64,000 nt of DNA, from positions 1,248,001 through 1,312,000 of the forward strand of contig OY762964.1 of assembly GCA_963667035.1 (NCBI GenBank), given 5' to 3'. The notes beneath the pieces are model-generated. The model did not search any database, was not told the DNA's origin, and saw only the letters and a list, made by a program, of their open reading frames with translations. Shown one piece after another: positions 8,234 to 17,805 of the stretch (position 1 is the first letter of the stretch; each line of letters begins with the position of its first letter). A program made the translations under genes and the position numbers. The DNA is from Candidatus Cloacimonadales bacterium. GTDB taxonomy: Bacteria; Cloacimonadota; Cloacimonadia; Cloacimonadales; JAFGVF01.

Positions 8234-10531
8234 ATGTACGAACAAAGAAGTCTGGCTAAATCCATTTTAGATTTATTTTATAAGAATCCCGGAGTATCTT
8301 TATCGGAAGATGAGATAGCTCAAGCATTAGATATAGGTAAGCACCAACGTAAAGTTTTAAAATCAAATCTCTTCTCTTTAGTTAGAAAAGAAAGATTGAT
8401 TCAGGAAGGTAATTTATATTCACAAAAGGTTACTTCAAGAATAAAGAAAGCTCCCATTGTTTTAGAAGGTATTTTTGATGCCTCTTCCCTAGTTAAAAGC
8501 AATTCATACGCTTTTGTAAATACTAAGCAAGGAGATTACTATATCCCTGCAGATGATATTTCCAATGCTTTCCATGGAGATACAGTATTGATTGAAGAGC
8601 GTAAACGTGCAGGTAGAAAACTATTTGGTAGAGTCATTGAAGTAAAAAAGAGAAGATTTGATTCTTTAACAGGAGATATTGTAAATATTGGAGATAAAAG
8701 CTACTTTGTCCCTGACTCAGCAAAGATACACACTTATTTTGAAGTCGAAGGTGATAACATTATTCATGGACATAAAGTTCTTATAAAAGTCAAATCATGG
8801 GGTAGCAGAAAGTATAGTAGATTACCTTTAGGCGAAATCAAAGAAGATTTGGGAATCAGTGGTAATCCGGAAACAGATTTCTTGGCTGTTGTGAAGCAGT
8901 ATGGTCTCACCCTCTCCTTCCCGGCTCCCGTACTGAAAGAGATACATAACTTTAATCCACCTCTTCCCTACGCCGAGGATCGAAGAAAGGATTTTACTAA
9001 TATACTTACATTCACTATTGATCCTGTTACTGCAAAAGATTATGATGATGCAATCTCAATAATAAAGGATGATGATGGTTTTGAGTTATATGTACATATA
9101 GCAGACGTTGCTGAATATGTTACACCGGACACTGCCATTTTTAAAGAGGCTTCAAAACGAGGCAATAGCTTCTACTTTCCTAAGCAAGTTATACCTATGC
9201 TTCCGGAAATACTGTCTAATAAAACATGTAGTTTAAGACCTGAAGAACAAAAAAATGTTGTTTCTTGTTATTTTAAGCTTGATAATGAAGGAAATATTAT
9301 TAATCAGTTTATTACTGAAGCGGTTATAGAATCTAATTACAGATTTAACTATGCAGAAGTCGATGCTTTCCTTGAAAAAGAAGAACCAACATTCGGTATA
9401 GAATTGGATAATGCTTTGTTATATTTTAAAGAGTTATCATTAATACTACAAGCAAAGCGTGAAAAACAAGGTTATCTTAGACTTGATCTTCCAGAAGTAG
9501 AATTCAACTTCGATGATGATGGTAACATTACCAGTATATATGAAGACAGAGAAACTATCTCACATCAAATGATTGAGAATGCAATGCTACTAGCTAATGA
9601 GCTTGTTGCTAAAAGATTAAAGAAAAATACTAAATCATCAATCTATCGTGTACATGACATGCCTGATGAAGAAAGAATAGAGAAGTTAAAAACCGTTTTT
9701 AAAGCTTACAATATCAAAATGAAACCTAACTCTAAGTTAAGTATTTCCTTGCAAGATGCTCTTAATCAAGTTGAAGGTTTAGGAATGCACGATGTATTTG
9801 ATATGATGGTGCTCAGAAGTATGAAGAGAGCAATGTATATAACGGAATGTAAACCGCATTTCGGATTGGCAATATCAACTTATACGCACTTTACTTCACC
9901 TATCAGAAGATTCTCAGATTTAATTGTTCATACTCAACTTAAACAGATTTTAAATTCTGACAAGTCTGAGAAGTTCTCCCCTGCTCAGTTATCCTTCTAT
10001 GCAAAGATATGTACTGATCAGGAGAATCTTGCCGATGAAACCGAAAGAGAGATTACTAATAGATTGGTTCGCTCTTATATGAAAAAATATATAGGACATA
10101 CACTCAAAGGAAAAGTTATTGAGTTAAATAAGAATAAGATAATTGTGAAACTGTTTGATGAACCTGTGAAGGCTGTGATTGAAGAGCAAAATCTTAAAGC
10201 AGGACCTTTTGAGTTTGATCCAGGGTATTATTGCTTAAGACAAAAGCGTGGTTCCAAAATGATCAAACTTGGTGACACAATCGAAGCAATTATCGATAGA
10301 ATTACTGATGATATCTACCTTACTCAAAGACATACTAGTCAGGATAATGCTCAAACGGATTTCAATCCAAATGATCCACGTAATCCGTATGAACCACCAA
10401 AACCTGTAATCCGCGAGAGAAGAAGTCATAAAGGTAATAGGGATAGGAGCTCACATTCGGGTGCACATTCTAGTTCACGACCTAGTTTCCGCTCAAAAGA
10501 TCAAAGGAAAGGCAGACATCATAAATACTAA
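8234..10531 (+). CDS. rnr: Ribonuclease R (RNB family)
   Basis: TIDPVTAKDYDDA catalytic motif, YTHFTSPIRR, basic low-complexity C-terminal tail. Confidence 0.92.
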   Translation: MYEQRSLAKSILDLFYKNPGVSLSEDEIAQALDIGKHQRKVLKSNLFSLVRKERLIQEGNLYSQKVTSRIKKAPIVLEGIFDASSLVKSNSYAFVNTKQGDYYIPADDISNAFHGDTVLIEERKRAGRKLFGRVIEVKKRRFDSLTGDIVNIGDKSYFVPDSAKIHTYFEVEGDNIIHGHKVLIKVKSWGSRKYSRLPLGEIKEDLGISGNPETDFLAVVKQYGLTLSFPAPVLKEIHNFNPPLPYAEDRRKDFTNILTFTIDPVTAKDYDDAISIIKDDDGFELYVHIADVAEYVTPDTAIFKEASKRGNSFYFPKQVIPMLPEILSNKTCSLRPEEQKNVVSCYFKLDNEGNIINQFITEAVIESNYRFNYAEVDAFLEKEEPTFGIELDNALLYFKELSLILQAKREKQGYLRLDLPEVEFNFDDDGNITSIYEDRETISHQMIENAMLLANELVAKRLKKNTKSSIYRVHDMPDEERIEKLKTVFKAYNIKMKPNSKLSISLQDALNQVEGLGMHDVFDMMVLRSMKRAMYITECKPHFGLAISTYTHFTSPIRRFSDLIVHTQLKQILNSDKSEKFSPAQLSFYAKICTDQENLADETEREITNRLVRSYMKKYIGHTLKGKVIELNKNKIIVKLFDEPVKAVIEEQNLKAGPFEFDPGYYCLRQKRGSKMIKLGDTIEAIIDRITDDIYLTQRHTSQDNAQTDFNPNDPRNPYEPPKPVIRERRSHKGNRDRSSHSGAHSSSRPSFRSKDQRKGRHHKY

Positions 10532-10584
10532 AAAAATATGTATTATTGAGATTTTATAAATAGAAAACAATCAGTGAGGTAATC

Positions 10585-12045
10585 ATGGCTGAAATTATAT
10601 TATCAGGAGAATCAAAAACCAAAGATATATTAGATATCTTTGAATCCATAAATCAGATTCCAAGAAAATCAAAGCATGAAGATGCTATTAGTGAATGGCT
10701 TTTTAATTGGGCGAAAGGGCATGGGTTTGATGTAGTTAAAGATGAAGTTAACAACATCATTGTTAGTATTCCTGCTACAGAAGGAATGGAAGATAAACCG
10801 GGAGTGATTCTTCAAGGACACATGGATATGGTATGTGTAAAAACTCCCGATTCGAAGCATGATTTCATGAAAGATCCGATTAAGCATATAATAGAAGGTG
10901 ACTGGCTTAGAGCAGATAAAACCACACTTGGGGCCGATAATGGTATTGCTTTGGCAATAGCAATGAAAATAGCAACGGATAAAGAAATTGCTCATCCTGC
11001 TTTAGAACTATTGTTTACAGTTGATGAAGAAACCGGATTAACCGGTGCTACTGAACTCAAGGAAGGCATACTTAAAGGTTCATACCTTATTAATATTGAT
11101 TCAGAAGAAGAGGGTATATTTACAATTGGTTGTGCCGGTGGTGGAGAAACGAGACTTTATCTTGACGCTGATTTTGAAGAAGTACCGGAAGTTATGGTAC
11201 CTTATAAACTCACTGTTGGAGGTCTTGTTGGTGGTCATTCAGGAATAACAATCAATAAGCAAACAGCTAATGCTATTAAACTATTAATTAGAGCGATATT
11301 GTTCCTTGATAAGAATGTATCTGTCCGACTAGTAAGTGTAGAGGGTGGAACAGCTCATAATGCTATACCATCGACAGCAGAAGCAATATTTTACGCACTA
11401 CCAACAAATTCTTCTTTTATTGAAGGGCTGGTGGAATACTTTAAAACTATTGTTGAAAGAGAGTACGGAAGTACTGATCCAGATTTATTCATTAAATCCG
11501 AAAGAATTGAATATAGTAACAGGATGGGATTTACAACAGAAACAATGGCTCCAATGGTTTATCTTATCTCAGCGTTCCCTCATGGAGTTTACAGGATGAG
11601 TCCTGAAGTAGAGGGATTAGTAGAGACTTCCAATAATTTAGCTATATTGAGAACACTCGAAGATCAAGTGGAAATTGTATCAAGTCAGAGAAGCTCAATA
11701 ATGTCTTCATTAGATGATATTACTGAGAAAATTCAAGCACTTGCTTATTTATCTAAAGCCAGAATGGAACAAAGAGCTCCATACGATGCTTGGGAACCTG
11801 TGTGGGAATCAAAACTCCTTGATAAAGCTAAAGCAACTTACAGAAAACTCTATAATAAAGATGCTACTATAGAAGTTATACATGCAGGACTTGAATGTGG
11901 CGTTATTGGTAGTAAGTATCCAAATCTAGAGATGCTATCTATTGGACCTAATTTAAAGGATGTTCATACTCCTGAAGAGAGACTTAGAATTAGCGATGTT
12001 TCAAAGATCTATGACTTGATAGTTAATCTGATACAAGACTTGTAA
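10585..12045 (+). CDS. pepD: Aminoacyl-histidine dipeptidase (M20)
   Basis: LQGHMDMV, LGADNG, DEETGLTGA, GGHSG and IHAGLECG motifs. Confidence 0.93.
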   Translation: MAEIILSGESKTKDILDIFESINQIPRKSKHEDAISEWLFNWAKGHGFDVVKDEVNNIIVSIPATEGMEDKPGVILQGHMDMVCVKTPDSKHDFMKDPIKHIIEGDWLRADKTTLGADNGIALAIAMKIATDKEIAHPALELLFTVDEETGLTGATELKEGILKGSYLINIDSEEEGIFTIGCAGGGETRLYLDADFEEVPEVMVPYKLTVGGLVGGHSGITINKQTANAIKLLIRAILFLDKNVSVRLVSVEGGTAHNAIPSTAEAIFYALPTNSSFIEGLVEYFKTIVEREYGSTDPDLFIKSERIEYSNRMGFTTETMAPMVYLISAFPHGVYRMSPEVEGLVETSNNLAILRTLEDQVEIVSSQRSSIMSSLDDITEKIQALAYLSKARMEQRAPYDAWEPVWESKLLDKAKATYRKLYNKDATIEVIHAGLECGVIGSKYPNLEMLSIGPNLKDVHTPEERLRISDVSKIYDLIVNLIQDL

Positions 12046-12060
12046 ATAGTTATATTTTAT

Positions 12061-12093
12061 AGGGAGACATGAATCTTCTATGTCTCCCCTTTT
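12061..12093 (+). terminator. Intrinsic terminator after pepD
   Basis: GGGAGACAT-loop-ATGTCTCCC followed by CTTTT. Confidence 0.75.
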
Positions 12094-12115
12094 CTATTTA
12101 TATATAAAGGTAATA

Positions 12116-13771
12116 ATGAAAATTCTTTTTCTTGGTATAAATGCTCGTTACACTCACAGTAATCTTGCCTTATATTATCTTCGTAGCATGATTCTCGAGA
12201 CAGAGCATGAATGGATTATTCAAGAGACATCAATTAATACAGGAATACTTGATACACTAACCACGGTTATACAATCAGATTGTGATGTAGTATGCTTATC
12301 TGCTTATATTTGGAACTCAGAGTATATAACAAAGCTTATACCTCTAATAAAAACTGTAAAATCAGAGTGTATCATAGTAATAGGTGGACCGGAAGTTACT
12401 TACCCTAACTTGGAAATGAATAGAGTAATTAATGAAGTGGATTTTTGCATTGTTGGTCAAGGAGAATCTGCTTTTCTGAGCTTAGCTAGAAATAATTTTA
12501 CTTACGATAAAAATGTAATCATAGGAGACAGAATCAGCATTAAGAATCTTCCTTTCCCTTATCTAGAGTGCGACAAGGAAAATCTTAACGGTAAATATGT
12601 CTATTATGAGGCAAGTAGAGGATGCCCTTATAGATGTAGTTTTTGTTTGTCATCACGAGATGATATAGAGTTTGAATATAAAGACCTAGAAGTAGTTAAA
12701 ACAGAGTTGAGATTATTAATAAGTTTTAATCCAAGAGTTGTAAAGCTAGTGGATAGATCTTTCAATGCCAATAGAGAGTTTGCCAGAGAAATCTGGAAGT
12801 ATTTAGCCGAGTTAAATTCGGGAGTGACATTCCATTTTGAGATAAAACCTGATTTAATAACAGATACAGACCTAAAGTTACTATCCTCTCTTCCCAAAGA
12901 CCTTGTTCAATTTGAAGTTGGATTGCAATCAACAAATCCAGCTACCTTGAATGCAATATCGAGAAAAAGTAAGTTTGATACGATTAGAGCAATATTGAAT
13001 AATGTTAATGAGTTAGAGAATATTCATGTGCATCTAGATTTGATAGCCGGTCTTCCTTATGAAGATATTGATAGTTTCGCAAATTCGTTCAATCAAGCAA
13101 TCAGTACTAATCCCCAGAAGTTACAGTTAGGATTTCTTAAAGTACTTCCCGGTACTGAGATGGCTGAACTGGTTGAAGAATTTGGTATGCACTTTATGAG
13201 AACTCCTCCATATCAAGTACTTAGCAATAAATGGATAAGTTATAATGAATTAGCAACTCTTGATACAATTACTCATTTCTTTGATGTTTATTACAACAGT
13301 GAAAGACTACGAGAGACAATGGCATATATTACTAGTAATGTAGATAACCCATTTTCATTTTTTGTCTCCTTAACTAAATATTGTCTAAAGCATAATTTTG
13401 AACCTAAAAAGGATTATAATAAAGCTTTCTCTTTGCTTTATAAATTCATTGAAGAATATTATCCAGATTTAATATGCTACTGCAGAGATGCAATGTTGTA
13501 TGATTGGTGTATCAATATACATAATCCTAATATCCCTCACGAACTTGTAAATACTGAAATGCCTATATTAAAGAATAAAGTTTATAGTATTTTGAGGAAT
13601 ACTGACGAAGAATTACCAAATGCGTTGACCTTATCAAAACCATTTATAAAGAAAGCGTTATTCGCAGTTTTCGAGAATAAAAAATTCATTAAGAGTAAGC
13701 TTTGCAATCACAATCTAATGATTGTATATAAAACAGATGAAGTAAAACATATAGCTTTTAGTTTAGAATAA
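12116..13771 (+). CDS. B12-binding radical SAM protein (DUF4080-type)
   Basis: INARYTHSNLA N-terminus, SRGCPYRCSFC, HLDLIAGLP; likely ATG start at 12116. Confidence 0.85.
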   Translation: MKILFLGINARYTHSNLALYYLRSMILETEHEWIIQETSINTGILDTLTTVIQSDCDVVCLSAYIWNSEYITKLIPLIKTVKSECIIVIGGPEVTYPNLEMNRVINEVDFCIVGQGESAFLSLARNNFTYDKNVIIGDRISIKNLPFPYLECDKENLNGKYVYYEASRGCPYRCSFCLSSRDDIEFEYKDLEVVKTELRLLISFNPRVVKLVDRSFNANREFAREIWKYLAELNSGVTFHFEIKPDLITDTDLKLLSSLPKDLVQFEVGLQSTNPATLNAISRKSKFDTIRAILNNVNELENIHVHLDLIAGLPYEDIDSFANSFNQAISTNPQKLQLGFLKVLPGTEMAELVEEFGMHFMRTPPYQVLSNKWISYNELATLDTITHFFDVYYNSERLRETMAYITSNVDNPFSFFVSLTKYCLKHNFEPKKDYNKAFSLLYKFIEEYYPDLICYCRDAMLYDWCINIHNPNIPHELVNTEMPILKNKVYSILRNTDEELPNALTLSKPFIKKALFAVFENKKFIKSKLCNHNLMIVYKTDEVKHIAFSLE

Positions 13772-13782
13772 GCATAATCATG

Positions 13783-14321
13783 ACCACCAGCTCAGCTGGT
13801 GGTTTGGACTCGCCCTATAAGGGCGGACACTGACCAGTATCTCGCCCTCTGAGAAAATGTCAGCTGCACAACTATTTCCGGCTACCCCTAAAGGGGTTAT
13901 TTTAATGCCTTAGTTTTCTTGCTTACCCGTAAACGGGTCAATAAACTCTTTGATTGTCATCTGATCAGAGAGTACATCTTCTTGGAGTTTTGACCTGACA
14001 TAATTTGCTATTCGCTGTTCATTTTTGCCAACATGTGAATGTGATCGGGGCAAGCCTATGCTTCAATGATTTCAATCTGTTTCCGTTCACATAATACTCG
14101 CAGTATCTCACCAATATCTTTTTTTAGTTTGCGATAAATTACCTGTCGTCGATACTTGGGTGCAAAGACTATGTGGTATTTACAATTCCATGTAGTATGT
14201 GATAATGTACTATTATCCATTATTCCTCCTTTGGTTATTTTGCAGCTGACACTACAAAGTTACGATGGAGGAATTTTTGTGTATAGCTAAAGCTTTTTGG
14301 AACCACCTGCAGAGCAGGTGG
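13783..14321 (-). mobile_element. Decayed IS200-like element (IS200/IS605 family)
   Basis: Subterminal hairpins ACCACCAGC-TCA-GCTGGTGGT (13783-13803) and CCACCTGC-AGA-GCAGGTGG (14303-14321) enclose a tnpA remnant; exact ends uncertain. Confidence 0.85.
13910..14220 (-). pseudogene. tnpA: IS200 TnpA (Y1 HUH transposase) pseudogene
   Basis: MDNSTLSHTTWNCKYHIVFAPKYRRQVIY...IEA*ACPDHIHML, then an internal deletion/frameshift to GKNEQRIANYVR...FIDPFTG; absent from the ORF track. Confidence 0.9.
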
Positions 14322-14340
14322 ATTACGTTACACAACAAAA

Positions 14341-14366
14341 AAGCGGAAGTTGAATAACTTCCGCTT
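14341..14366. repeat. Target-site duplication of IS copy 1 (26 bp, second copy at 16030-16055); this is the degP terminator hairpin
   Basis: AAGCGGAAGTTGAATAACTTCCGCTT lies on both sides of the IS; it is palindromic with an A-tract on the left (U-tract on the minus strand). Confidence 0.93.
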
Positions 14367-14430
14367 CAGATTGTTGACAAAAACATTCTAATTTACATGG
14401 ATATATTGTTGAAAGTCATTTTTCTTCATT

Positions 14431-15909
14431 TTAACTGAGTCCAAACCTAAACATGCGAGATTTAGCTCTATTTTCGTGTAAATTGGAGTTGAAAATCATG
14501 TAATTGATGATAAATTTTGCTATTAATTTCCCTAATTTACCTTTGAAAAGGTATTTTACGAGTTTCTTGATATTTTGCACGATAGCTGTTAGATAAGCTT
14601 GTTCTCGAACTCGCTCTATTCCTCGATATTTTGCATATCGGTAGCCATGAAGTTGCTTTGCATTGGCAAAGCTTCTCTCAATGGTTTCTTTTCTCCTCTT
14701 GTATATCTCTTTCCCACATAATGTTAACCTATTCTTGTGGATTATCTCTTTGCTCTCTTCCCAGACATGACGAGTGATTACTTTTTGAGAAGACTTACTT
14801 TCTGTACATTTACTTAGCATTGGACAATTCTTGCATTCACTAGGATTCGACTTGTATTCTTTATAGCCATCACGGCTCGTTGTTCTATAATTTAACTCTT
14901 TATTACATGGACAAATGTAAACATCCTTCCGGGAATTATATGTAAATTTGTTCTTTTTAAATAGACCTTTCTTACCTCCCTGTCTTTTGTAGCCAAGGAC
15001 TCCCATAATATTCATATCTACCAGTTGCTTACAAATGTTAATTGTATCATATCCTGAATCAAGCCCTACTGCCTGAACATTAAAACCATAAACCTTTTGT
15101 TGGAACTGTAACCTGTCAATATAGCAGGTGCTATCATTTACATTGCCGGGAGTAATGTGAACATCGGTTATATAGTTCGTTTTATGGTCGACTGTCCTAT
15201 GATCTAAGTAGAAGAAGCCTTGAGGCTTTCTATCACGGGTCATAAAACCACTATCGGGATCTGTTGTGCTAGACTTGATATTTTTTACTTTAGGTGATGC
15301 TCCTCCTTTAAGATTGTTATCCTTAGGAGGTAAAGGTTTCTTACCATGAGCCTTCCGATCTTCATCAACGCTTGTGTTAAGATCTTCCAAGTAACTCTTG
15401 GAGGATACCTCAACTTCAATATCCTCGAATTTACCTTTATTAGCATTTGCCTTTAGATGGGTTGAGTCGCTATAAAGTATCTTTCCATCAACTAATCCAT
15501 GTTTAATGCCTAACTTCACTATATCTATAAAAATCTCTTCGAATACGCTGCTATCATTAAATCGCCTTCTACGATTTTGACTGAAGACTGAGTGATGAGG
15601 TACTTTATCAGTTAATCCAAAGCCTAAGAACCAACGATAAGCCACATTGACCTCAATCTCTTTGACCAATTGTCTTTCCGAGCGAATACCGAATAGATAG
15701 CCAATAAAAAGCATTTTGAAAAGAGTAATAGGATGAATTGGAGGACGACCGGTAGTAGAACAATACAAATGCGCTGTTCTATCTAAAATGAATGAAAAAT
15801 CTATTACGCTATCGATTTTCCTTAGTATGTGATCTACCGGTACTAAATCATCTATTATTACAAACTCCATTTGGGACTGTGTGTCAGAAACTTTTTTAAG
15901 CATAACCAC
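14431..15909 (-). CDS. IS1182-family DDE transposase
   Basis: GRPPIHP, GIRSERQL, AYRWFLG, DSTHLKANA, STTDPDS, DSGY, Cys-rich insert and IERSFANAK. Confidence 0.92.
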   Translation of the reverse strand: MVMLKKVSDTQSQMEFVIIDDLVPVDHILRKIDSVIDFSFILDRTAHLYCSTTGRPPIHPITLFKMLFIGYLFGIRSERQLVKEIEVNVAYRWFLGFGLTDKVPHHSVFSQNRRRRFNDSSVFEEIFIDIVKLGIKHGLVDGKILYSDSTHLKANANKGKFEDIEVEVSSKSYLEDLNTSVDEDRKAHGKKPLPPKDNNLKGGASPKVKNIKSSTTDPDSGFMTRDRKPQGFFYLDHRTVDHKTNYITDVHITPGNVNDSTCYIDRLQFQQKVYGFNVQAVGLDSGYDTINICKQLVDMNIMGVLGYKRQGGKKGLFKKNKFTYNSRKDVYICPCNKELNYRTTSRDGYKEYKSNPSECKNCPMLSKCTESKSSQKVITRHVWEESKEIIHKNRLTLCGKEIYKRRKETIERSFANAKQLHGYRYAKYRGIERVREQAYLTAIVQNIKKLVKYLFKGKLGKLIAKFIINYMIFNSNLHENRAKSRMFRFGLS

Positions 15910-15987
15910 CTCTAATTATGATGGTTTAAGTATAATATTTGGAGAAATCTGTCAATGATTGATGTTCTTATTTTAAGCTAAAAAAAG

Positions 15988-16020
15988 ACAAAGCTATGAA
16001 ATCTTACTCATAGCTTTGTC
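15988..16020 (-). terminator. IS-internal intrinsic terminator overlapping the upstream terminal IR (also 41351-41383)
   Basis: Minus strand GACAAAGCTATGA-loop-TCATAGCTTTGTC followed by seven T. Confidence 0.75.
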
Positions 16021-16077
16021 AACAGTCTGAAGCGGAAGTTGAATAACTTCCGCTTGCACTGGAGTGGTAACATTCAT

Positions 16078-17532
16078 TTAGTCTAGTTCAACGGCAACAA
16101 AGCGTTTGTTTCCTTGCTTACCTGCTACATATAACAAAACGACTCTGTTATCGCTGTCTTTGTTACTCTTAAGAATGCTTTTCATTTTATTATCGTACTC
16201 TTTTACCGAGCTTACTTTCTCTTCATTCACTTCTAAGATTACAAGACCAACCTTAAGTCCTGCTTTATCAGCAGGAGAACCATCTTTAATAGATTTGATG
16301 ATAACGCCTTCCATCTTATCTAATTTAAGCTTTTCTCCAATTTCACTATCGGTATCAACAACTTCGATACCTACTTCTTCAGTTTTAGCTTCTGTTTTAG
16401 ATATAAGTCCGTTTTCATCATCCTCCGGATATTTAGTCAGAGTTGCCTTAAGATATTTAATCTTATTTTTACGAGTTATCTTTAATGTAACAGGTACACC
16501 TATTGGACGATGTGCTATTGCAATTCTGAATAAAGCTACATTTGGTACTTTCATATCATCAATTTCAAGAATTACATCACCTTTTTGAAGCCCTGCTTTA
16601 TCTGCAGGAGTATCTTCAACTACTTGCGAGACAAGAACACCTGCAATCTCTTTTAACTCAAAAGTATCTTTTAATGTATCATCAATTTCCTGAGGGGCAA
16701 TACCTAAATAAGCTCTTTGTACTGAGCCGTCATTAATAATGTCAGTCACAACTTTCTGAGCAATACCGGAAGGGATTGCAAAACCGATGCCGATGTTTCC
16801 ACCATTAGGGCTTGTAATAGCTGCATTTACACCCACAACTTTACCAGAGATACCAATAAGAGGTCCACCACTGTTACCAGGGTTTATAGAAGCATCAGTC
16901 TGAATATAGTCCTGATATACCGGAGATCCTTGACCGAAATTTAAACCTGAACGACCTTTAGCTGAAACAACACCGACAGTTACCGTTCTGTCCAATCCTA
17001 CGTCACCGAAAGGATTTCCAATAGCAATAACCCAATCTCCAATATTAAGAGCAGTTGAGCTACCCCAATCTAATGATGTAATCTTTTCATCCTTATCGAC
17101 AGTAATCTTGATAACAGCTAAGTCTGTTTTGTCATCAAGTCCAATTATCTCTGCTTCATATTTACGTTTATCTGCAAGAGTAACTGTAATAGTTCCTTTA
17201 TCACCTTTTTCAACAACATGATTATTGGTTACTATCCATGCTTCTCTACTTCTTTCATCATACTTAATAATAAATCCACTACCCATGGATTTGAATGGCC
17301 TTGACTGAGGCATTCTTTGGTAAGGAAAGTAAAATGGGAATACTTCAGCAGAAAGATCTCTTGAGTTCTCAAGTTCTCCTTCAACTTTAATCTGAACAAC
17401 TGCATTTCCGCTATTCTTAACTACATTTACAAACGGACTCTGTCCATTCTCATTAACAGGATACTGAGCCCATATTCCTTGCACTAACATTACCAACGCT
17501 ATCAGGATTGTAACATTTCTTACGCTTTTCAT
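16078..17532 (-). CDS. degP: DegP/DegQ (Do family) periplasmic serine protease with two PDZ domains
   Basis: Signal peptide, TNNHVV, DLAVIK, INPGNSGGPL catalytic triad and two PDZ repeats. Confidence 0.92.
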   Translation of the reverse strand: MKSVRNVTILIALVMLVQGIWAQYPVNENGQSPFVNVVKNSGNAVVQIKVEGELENSRDLSAEVFPFYFPYQRMPQSRPFKSMGSGFIIKYDERSREAWIVTNNHVVEKGDKGTITVTLADKRKYEAEIIGLDDKTDLAVIKITVDKDEKITSLDWGSSTALNIGDWVIAIGNPFGDVGLDRTVTVGVVSAKGRSGLNFGQGSPVYQDYIQTDASINPGNSGGPLIGISGKVVGVNAAITSPNGGNIGIGFAIPSGIAQKVVTDIINDGSVQRAYLGIAPQEIDDTLKDTFELKEIAGVLVSQVVEDTPADKAGLQKGDVILEIDDMKVPNVALFRIAIAHRPIGVPVTLKITRKNKIKYLKATLTKYPEDDENGLISKTEAKTEEVGIEVVDTDSEIGEKLKLDKMEGVIIKSIKDGSPADKAGLKVGLVILEVNEEKVSSVKEYDNKMKSILKSNKDSDNRVVLLYVAGKQGNKRFVAVELD

Positions 17533-17745
17533 AAGTTCTCCTCATAACTTTTATTTTCACAAACATAAAACAGAGTAAGCTCTAATGGTTACAAAAACTA
17601 TAGAAAAAAAATGTGAATAAAAGTTACAGTTATATAAAATTGATAATGTTTCCTAAAAGCTCTAAATAATAAATATAGCTTGCCTAAGAAGTATCATTAT
17701 TCAGAACTGACAGTAGACCATATAATTATGATATATACCTTTTTA

Positions 17746-17761
17746 CGGAATCAAAATTGCA
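17746..17761 (+). promoter_or_regulatory. Putative sigma54 (-24/-12) promoter
   Basis: CGGAATCAAAATTGCA: GG at 17747-8 and GC at 17759-60 give the canonical spacing, 45 nt before the C25 gene. Confidence 0.55.
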
Positions 17762-17805
17762 TAATGATAAATATGAAAACAAAATAAAAACAGGATGGAG
17801 ATGTT

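Larger units (their letters stand above)
14367..16029 (-). mobile_element. IS1182-family insertion sequence, copy 1 (1663 bp)
   Basis: Terminal IRs CAGATTGTTGACAAA / TTTGTCAACAGTCTG; near-identical copy at 39730-41392; flanked by a direct repeat. Confidence 0.95.

Noticed and set aside
10320..10531. Low-complexity Arg/Ser/His tail of RNase R as a novel domain
   Set aside because: Basic disordered C-terminal tails are common in RNase R
16106..16588. 160-aa plus-strand ORF and the many other short antisense ORFs in the track
   Set aside because: They are shadows of well-supported genes on the opposite strand or in another frame, with no SD or recognisable motifs
17568..17593. ECF-sigma promoter for degP (GTAACC..TGTTT on the minus strand)
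   Set aside because: Biologically plausible, but the match is short and the spacing uncertain
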